The notes beneath the pieces were generated by a model. That model was not told the DNA's origin, searched no databases, and worked only from the letters and a program-made list of their open reading frames with translations. From assembly GCA_050013715.1 (NCBI GenBank), contig JBEKES010000027.1:1-11894 (forward strand): a stretch of DNA of 11,894 nucleotides. The letters are read 5' to 3'. The position numbers and the translations under genes are program-made. The DNA is from Candidatus Micrarchaeaceae archaeon. Its GTDB lineage: Archaea; Micrarchaeota; Micrarchaeia; Micrarchaeales; Micrarchaeaceae. Within the stretch, counting starts at the first letter, position 1, and each line of letters opens with the position of its first letter. Positions 7,083 to 11,894 of the stretch are shown here, piece after piece.

Positions 7083-7445
7083 TCATTTTTTGTTGTTGAC
7101 CTTGAGCCATTTTATGAACTCAGAGTGCAATCCAGATCTTGATGTGTCTATTACCCTTATCTTCATTATCGCCTTGTACTGCTCGTCATTCAGTTCAATA
7201 ACTGGCTCGTATTTCTTCATTTCGGAATAATGCACTTCCATCCAGTGTATCTTTCCCTCCAAGTATTCTTTCACCAAGTCTCTTGTCATGGGCATGGATG
7301 TGAAGCTGAAGAGCATTCCATCGCACCAGTACAAAGGCATGTTCCCCGCTGGCGTTATTCGCTCTCTAAGCAAATCATCATAGTCTATTCTAACTGCCTC
7401 GTGAACCACGAGCTCTTTTATTGGATTATAGCTTATTTTTACTAT
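7083..7445 (-). CDS. Hypothetical protein in the exosome operon; probable ATA start at 7445, first GTG at 7409
   Basis: Frame is open from directly after the rpl37ae TAA, giving (M)VKISYNPIKELVVHEAVRID...LYWCDGMLF.... GGTAA 7454-7450 lies 4 nt before the ATA. Confidence 0.82.
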   Translation of the reverse strand: MVKISYNPIKELVVHEAVRIDYDDLLRERITPAGNMPLYWCDGMLFSFTSMPMTRDLVKEYLEGKIHWMEVHYSEMKKYEPVIELNDEQYKAIMKIRVIDTSRSGLHSEFIKWLKVNNKK

Positions 7446-7688
7446 TTAATTACCTTTTTTAATATTCCCTATCAATCTTCTTGCATTGTTCCCTGCCGGG
7501 GTTGTCATCGAGTATGCGCCTCCTGCATAGGTAACACTGCAGTGCCTGCATTTCCAGATGCCTGTACCCAATCGCCTAACGCTTGTCTTGCCGCAGCTTT
7601 CGCATTTGTAGAAAGAGCTCTTCTCCTTTTTTATCTTGGTGTATCTCTTTCTTATGCTCGCTCCGTATCTTATGCTTGCTTGTGCCAT
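7446..7688 (-). CDS. rpl37ae: 50S ribosomal protein L37Ae (eL43)
   Basis: RYGASIRK, CESC-x14-CRHC, GTGIWKC and AGGAY motifs. Confidence 0.97.
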   Translation of the reverse strand: MAQASIRYGASIRKRYTKIKKEKSSFYKCESCGKTSVRRLGTGIWKCRHCSVTYAGGAYSMTTPAGNNARRLIGNIKKGN

Positions 7689-7692
7689 ATTA

Positions 7693-8478
7693 TCACTTCT
7701 GCGATTTCTTCAATATACCCTTTAGTTCCTCATGCTTATTAAAAGTTACGTCTATTAAATCCATCACTTCCTTGCTGGAGAATCCTCCTCGCAAGCCTTT
7801 TTGAATTGCCCTTACGTTTTCCTTGTCAGTTGCTATTGTTATTCTTCCATCGCATGCATTTTCCTCGTTTTCAGTTGGGTCAAGAAGTATCTTATTATCT
7901 ATCTTTGCGAAAGTTGCTGAAGTAACTATGTTGTCTATCTTGAGCTTGCCTGAAGTTTCTTCTCTTATTACTTTCTCATCCTCGTATTTCGGCACTCTTG
8001 TATCGAGAAGCGCGCTCATTGCCGCTATTTCTCCTGCATCAAAGAGATTTCCGTTGTAATTCAATACATATAGGTCAACGTAAACCGTCCAGGATTTCCC
8101 TTCCTCTATGAAAAGGCTTTCAAGGTTCACGCAGTTAGCCGCTCTTATGCCTCTGTCTACAACTCTTGCAAACTCTATTGCTACTGGGCTTGGAGGTCCG
8201 CTCTCATAGTCTGCGCTTGCCAATGGAAGAAGCTCAGCTGAAACCACAAGGTTTCCCTGATTGGGTGTATCTTCCATGGGCTCGTCAAGCTGAAGTTTTA
8301 CGCCAGCAAGAACTCTTGTTGCCCCAAGATCCACTTGCGATGATCCTTCTGCATTCTTTATCATTCCATTGTCTATACTTATTGCCCTGAAGGACATCAT
8401 ATCTCTCATGTCCTCACGCTCGTTCTTTGCGAGCAATTCCTTGATGTAATTTGTTTTCACGATATTTATTGCGTCCAT
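7693..8478 (-). CDS. rrp42: Exosome core subunit Rrp42
   Basis: RNase PH fold with AEGSSQVDLGATRVLAGVK, GPP..AIEFARVVDRGIR and GNLFDA. ATG 8478 preferred (GGTG SD, no overlap with rrp41); the alternative is 8490. Confidence 0.96.
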   Translation of the reverse strand: MDAINIVKTNYIKELLAKNEREDMRDMMSFRAISIDNGMIKNAEGSSQVDLGATRVLAGVKLQLDEPMEDTPNQGNLVVSAELLPLASADYESGPPSPVAIEFARVVDRGIRAANCVNLESLFIEEGKSWTVYVDLYVLNYNGNLFDAGEIAAMSALLDTRVPKYEDEKVIREETSGKLKIDNIVTSATFAKIDNKILLDPTENEENACDGRITIATDKENVRAIQKGLRGGFSSKEVMDLIDVTFNKHEELKGILKKSQK

Positions 8479-8479
8479 A

Positions 8480-9226
8480 TTAAGCACCATTCTTTTCTTT
8501 TGCCTCGCTGGCGTAGGCTTTTTTCAATGCATCCCTTTGTATTTCGCTTACCTTCTTGCCTGCTTTTATTACCATTTCAAGAGCATCTGACATCTGCTCT
8601 CTTGTCATGCCCCCGTCCATCTGAAGCAATAGAATCTCGTCGTTTCTAGGAGCAACAGCAACAGGCATGTCGCTATCGGAATAATTATCCTCTATCATGT
8701 TGAAGTCAAGTGCAAGATGGTCCCCGATTCTTCCCACTGAAACCGCATATACCAAATCTTTCATGTGGATTCCTGCGCTTGCAAGAGCAACCGATGCTGC
8801 GGTTAATCCGGCAGCCCTGGTTCCTCCATCTCCTTGTAATACTTCTATGAATATGTCGATTTCGCTTCCCGGAAAATCGGTAAGCATTACGACATTCTCG
8901 AATACCTCCTTGATTACCTTAGAGATTTCTATTGATCTTCTGTTCGGGCCTGTTCTTCCGTGTTCGGATAGACTCGAGAACGGAGCCATTGAATATTTGC
9001 ATTTTATTATCGCTTTCGATGGATCTGCAAGGTGCCTTGGCGTTGCTTCCCTAGGTCCGTAAACCGCAGCAAGTATCTTGTTGTTGCCCCATTCTATGTA
9101 TGCAGAGCCATCTGCATTCTTGAGCGGCGCAGCGGTTATCTTTATGTCACGCACTTCGTCAAATGCCCTTCCGTCAAGCCTTTTCCCGTTTTTTATCAAT
9201 TCTGGTTTGTTTGATGATGATGCCAT
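8480..9226 (-). CDS. rrp41: Exosome catalytic subunit Rrp41
   Basis: Motifs RLDGR, ADGSAYIEWG, AVYGPRE, PNRRSIEISKV, DGGTR phosphate site and EDNYSDSDMP catalytic Asp region. ATG 9226 follows a GTGAT SD. Confidence 0.97.
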   Translation of the reverse strand: MASSSNKPELIKNGKRLDGRAFDEVRDIKITAAPLKNADGSAYIEWGNNKILAAVYGPREATPRHLADPSKAIIKCKYSMAPFSSLSEHGRTGPNRRSIEISKVIKEVFENVVMLTDFPGSEIDIFIEVLQGDGGTRAAGLTAASVALASAGIHMKDLVYAVSVGRIGDHLALDFNMIEDNYSDSDMPVAVAPRNDEILLLQMDGGMTREQMSDALEMVIKAGKKVSEIQRDALKKAYASEAKEKNGA

Positions 9227-9231
9227 TGGTA

Positions 9232-9834
9232 TCACTTTTTCGAATCTAAATAATTCTTGATCTTTTCTGTCAATCCTGAAAGATGGGCTTCTCTTTCTAT
9301 CTTGAGGAGCGTTTCAGTTGCAAGCGTCAAATTTCCTCCGTCCATCCATATGAGCCCGTTCATTCCCACTATTATATGCGTTCCGGTTGCCTCTGCAATC
9401 TGTCTTATCATTGTGCTTTTCTTTCCAATGACTCTTGGTATCTTCTTCGGCCTTATGTTTATCAAGGTGCCTTTCTCCAGAAGTCTAGGCTCGGTAAGTA
9501 TTATCGTATTCTTGCCCTCGACGTCCTTTATTACGGCGCTTATTATGTCGCCATTGTTGTATTCGAACTTGTCGTACTTTCCGATTATAAGCAATGCCTT
9601 CCCGAAATAAGACAGGTCTATTATGTAAACGCTGCTCTTGGTCTCTTTTACTATTCCTACAATTACATCGTCAACTCTCGGATCCCATGTGCCCTCAAGC
9701 GGTATTACCTCGTTTGTTGATTCCTCGTACATTCCCAATACGCTTGAATAGGTTTTCCCATTCTGCGTGTAGGTATTTCGAGTTCTTATTATTCTATCGG
9801 AAACCAGATCTCCTGGAATTACTATTTGCCTCAT
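9232..9834 (-). CDS. rrp4: Exosome RNA-binding cap subunit Rrp4
   Basis: IVIPGD N-domain, S1 domain, KH domain (PRVIGKK..M, IVGMNGLIW) and EAH.SGLT; TAATG overlap with the SBDS gene. Confidence 0.96.
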   Translation of the reverse strand: MRQIVIPGDLVSDRIIRTRNTYTQNGKTYSSVLGMYEESTNEVIPLEGTWDPRVDDVIVGIVKETKSSVYIIDLSYFGKALLIIGKYDKFEYNNGDIISAVIKDVEGKNTIILTEPRLLEKGTLINIRPKKIPRVIGKKSTMIRQIAEATGTHIIVGMNGLIWMDGGNLTLATETLLKIEREAHLSGLTEKIKNYLDSKK

Positions 9835-10517
9835 TAAATTACCTTCACAAGTGCCTTGCCCTGAGTTGCGCTGTTTATCCTGTCAAAGAATTCGGTCTGC
9901 ATGCCAGCAGGGAATTCCAGCGTTGCATGCAAACTACCGTCAGGAAGCCAGTCCTCAGATTTAAGGCCGTATTTCTTAAGCGTGCCAAATGACCTGTTCG
10001 CGTATTCTGGAGGTATTATCACATCCATTTTTACGTTCGCGAACTTTATGGGCATTATCATGTTTATTTTTTTAACTATGTCATCTATCTGCTCCGTTGC
10101 GCCCTTGAAAGGATCTATTGAAACCTTGCCTTCCCTCATGGCGTTTTCTATTCGCAATGGTGGATTGGGCGCATTGGTGCGCGGATCTATCGAATTTCTT
10201 GCTATGATATCTATTATCTGTTTTCTCTTCTCCTCTATCAATCGGTTCCTCTGCTCTGTTGTTATTGGCACCTCTCCGTGCTTTAATATCATATCTGCAA
10301 CTTTTGCAAGATCTGTGGTGCCGAATGCTTTCTTTATCTTGTCTTCGCTCTGGCGCTCCCCTTTTCTTGAGTCTTTGAATATATCCTCAGCTTCAAGAAC
10401 CACAAGAGGATCGCTTCTCTTGCCTGTTATGTATTCATAGGCAAGATCCGCATTTACAAGTATTTCGAATACATTGCCGTCCTTATGCCATTTGGCAATT
10501 ACAGTCTTAGAAGACAT
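9834..10517 (-). CDS. sbdS: Ribosome maturation factor SBDS/Sdo1
   Basis: Motifs [42 protein letters not shown] and PAG.Q; canonical position between psmA and rrp4. Confidence 0.96.
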   Translation of the reverse strand: MSSKTVIAKWHKDGNVFEILVNADLAYEYITGKRSDPLVVLEAEDIFKDSRKGERQSEDKIKKAFGTTDLAKVADMILKHGEVPITTEQRNRLIEEKRKQIIDIIARNSIDPRTNAPNPPLRIENAMREGKVSIDPFKGATEQIDDIVKKINMIMPIKFANVKMDVIIPPEYANRSFGTLKKYGLKSEDWLPDGSLHATLEFPAGMQTEFFDRINSATQGKALVKVI

Positions 10518-10542
10518 TCAAATCACAAAGCAAAGAAGAGAA

Positions 10543-11238
10543 TCAAAGGTATTTTGCTACCTTCTCAGATGTAAAGATCTCAATTCCTACATCCTTCTTA
10601 ATTGTTGAAATATCAAGATTGTTCTCGGTTAATTTGCCTTCGTTAAGTTTTTTGATTATGCTGACTCCAAGCTTTAATGCCTCTTCCGTATCCATGTTTT
10701 CCTTGAAGCTTTTTACCAGCATTTCCTGTGCGACTGATTTTCCTGAACCTATTGCATCGGCCTTGTAGCCTAGATATGAGGCTCCTGGCTCTATCTCAAA
10801 GAGCTTTGGACCACGGTCTATGCCTCCAATGAGAAGCGATATTGCGTAGGGTCTAATGCCTCCATATTGGGTAGCCATCTGCATTTCCTCTGAGATTTCC
10901 TTGGCAATTGTCTCAACTGATTCTGTTTCATTGTAAACCATTCTATGGGTTTGGGTCTTGTTTCGCATTGCGCTTATCATGTGCAATCCATCTGCTACCA
11001 ATCCGCTGTATGTTGCTCCTATATAGGAATCAACGCGGAATATCTTTTGTATTGTGCTTGGCACAGCAAGAGGCTCGAGCACGTTCTTGTGTGCTACTAG
11101 AACAACGCTGTCGTTTGCAACTATTCCTATGGAAGTTGCGCCTCTCCTGACTGCCTCTTTTGCGTATTCAACCTGGAATAGTCTTCCGTCAGGGCTGAAC
11201 ATCACACCTCTATCATAAGCTTGTACGTTTGGATACAT
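10543..11238 (-). CDS. psmA: Proteasome subunit alpha
   Basis: Motifs YDR...FSPDGRLFQVEYA, SGLVADG, TQYGGIRPY and AIGSG; TGGTGA-AATA-ATG start context. Confidence 0.98.
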   Translation of the reverse strand: MYPNVQAYDRGVMFSPDGRLFQVEYAKEAVRRGATSIGIVANDSVVLVAHKNVLEPLAVPSTIQKIFRVDSYIGATYSGLVADGLHMISAMRNKTQTHRMVYNETESVETIAKEISEEMQMATQYGGIRPYAISLLIGGIDRGPKLFEIEPGASYLGYKADAIGSGKSVAQEMLVKSFKENMDTEEALKLGVSIIKKLNEGKLTENNLDISTIKKDVGIEIFTSEKVAKYL

Positions 11239-11312
11239 TATTTCACCATTTAAGTGTTAATTATTGATAAATAATCAGAAGGAACTTATCAAATAATAGT
11301 TATGGATAGAAC

Positions 11313-11327
11313 ATTTATAACCTTTTC
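11313..11327 (-). promoter_or_regulatory. BRE + TATA promoter of the psmA-exosome superoperon
   Basis: Minus strand reads GAAAAGG-TTATAAAT, a purine-rich BRE next to a TATA box. It predicts a TSS near 11289 and a leader of about 50 nt. Confidence 0.65.
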
Positions 11328-11377
11328 CATAGCCCAATTTTACCTTATTATTTAATATGTTTGAGAATTCAATAACC

Positions 11378-11385
11378 TATAAATA
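11378..11385 (+). promoter_or_regulatory. Putative TATA box of the pilin-like gene
   Basis: TATAAATA preceded by AATAACC, 27 nt upstream of ATG 11413. Confidence 0.45.
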
Positions 11386-11412
11386 TTTCACGATATATCT
11401 AATATAGTGCTT

Positions 11413-11894
11413 ATGCTGTCAAATATTCTTAAAAGTGCTCCAATGGTTAAAAAATCAATATCCAATGCTTATTTTCCATCAAAACCTTTTCATAGGGCCC
11501 AAAGCGCTATGGAATATCTGATGACCTACGGCTGGGCAATACTGATAATAGCAGTTGTTCTTGGTGCTCTGTTCTCATTGGGAGTGTTCAGCGGCAACGC
11601 GCTGTTGGGCAACGCTTGCGTTGCACAGTCTGGATTTCTATGTCAGAATCCGGTTTACAGTCACACAAGCGGAAACATTATAGTAACACTCGGTCAGAAC
11701 ACAGGAACAAATTGGGCCGGAGCAAACTTTGTGTTTGCACCGCAAGGAACACCAACGGTTGCAGGAATTCCTGGAACTTCGGTTTCGTTCAATTCTTTCC
11801 CAGCTAATATGATATATTCTACAAATGCAATAACATCTGGACAAACATTAGGTATATGGCTACCAGTAAATGGTATATCAGGAATACCAGTACC
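11413..11894 (+). CDS. Class III signal-peptide (type IV pilin-like) surface protein, 3' end outside window
   Basis: Own translation, open to the window end: MLSNILKSAPMVKKSISNAYFPSKPFHRA|QSAMEYLMTYGWAILIIAVVLGALFSLGVFSGNALLGNACVAQSGFLCQNPV...LGQNTG.... It has a prepilin-peptidase site with E+5, a hydrophobic helix and a Cys pair. Alternative start ATG 11443 (AAGTGC-TCCA-ATG). Not in the ORF track. Confidence 0.92.
   Translation, partial: MLSNILKSAPMVKKSISNAYFPSKPFHRAQSAMEYLMTYGWAILIIAVVLGALFSLGVFSGNALLGNACVAQSGFLCQNPVYSHTSGNIIVTLGQNTGTNWAGANFVFAPQGTPTVAGIPGTSVSFNSFPANMIYSTNAITSGQTLGIWLPVNGISGIPV

Noticed and set aside
7021..11150. Plus-strand ORFs across the exosome operon (e.g. 7230..7742, 9283..9720, 9901..10440)
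   Set aside because: Antisense shadows of well-conserved genes with no recognisable motifs. The same applies to the shadows over cysS, hisS and the histone operon.
11616..11844. Two short Cys-rich ORFs (11616..11807 +, 11638..11844 -)
   Set aside because: Alternative frames of the pilin-like CDS, which is open from 11413 to the window end.

Overview
Archaeal core-genome window, most likely DPANN (Micrarchaeota-like). That assignment is inferred from the archaeal informational genes, GGTGA-type ribosome-binding sites and an RAQSAMEYLMTYGWAILII class III signal-peptide protein. Gene order: 3' end of a glycosylated beta-propeller surface protein and cysS (+); a trxA-hisS-hypothetical operon (-); an RBBP9/YdeN hydrolase (+); a DUF1059 protein (-); a histone/Zn-ribbon/PRC-barrel operon (+); a small membrane protein (-); an orphan IspD/TarI cytidylyltransferase (+); the proteasome-exosome superoperon psmA-SBDS-rrp4-rrp41-rrp42-rpl37ae-hypothetical-rpoP (-); and the 5' part of a pilin-like gene (+). 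Three real CDSs are absent from the ORF track (1..237, rpoP 6942..7073, pilin-like 11413..end). Main observations: (1) a 55-nt box C/D guide sRNA (4776..4830) directly in front of the histone gene, whose D guide fits wobble C34 of a typical tRNA-Leu(CAA); (2) two genes that appear to start at ATA codons placed directly after the upstream stop, at the SD spacing usual in this window; (3) a divergent histone lacking tetramer and stacking residues, apparently co-transcribed with a Zn-ribbon protein and a CdpB-like PRC-barrel protein. All family calls come from motif recognition; no searches were run.
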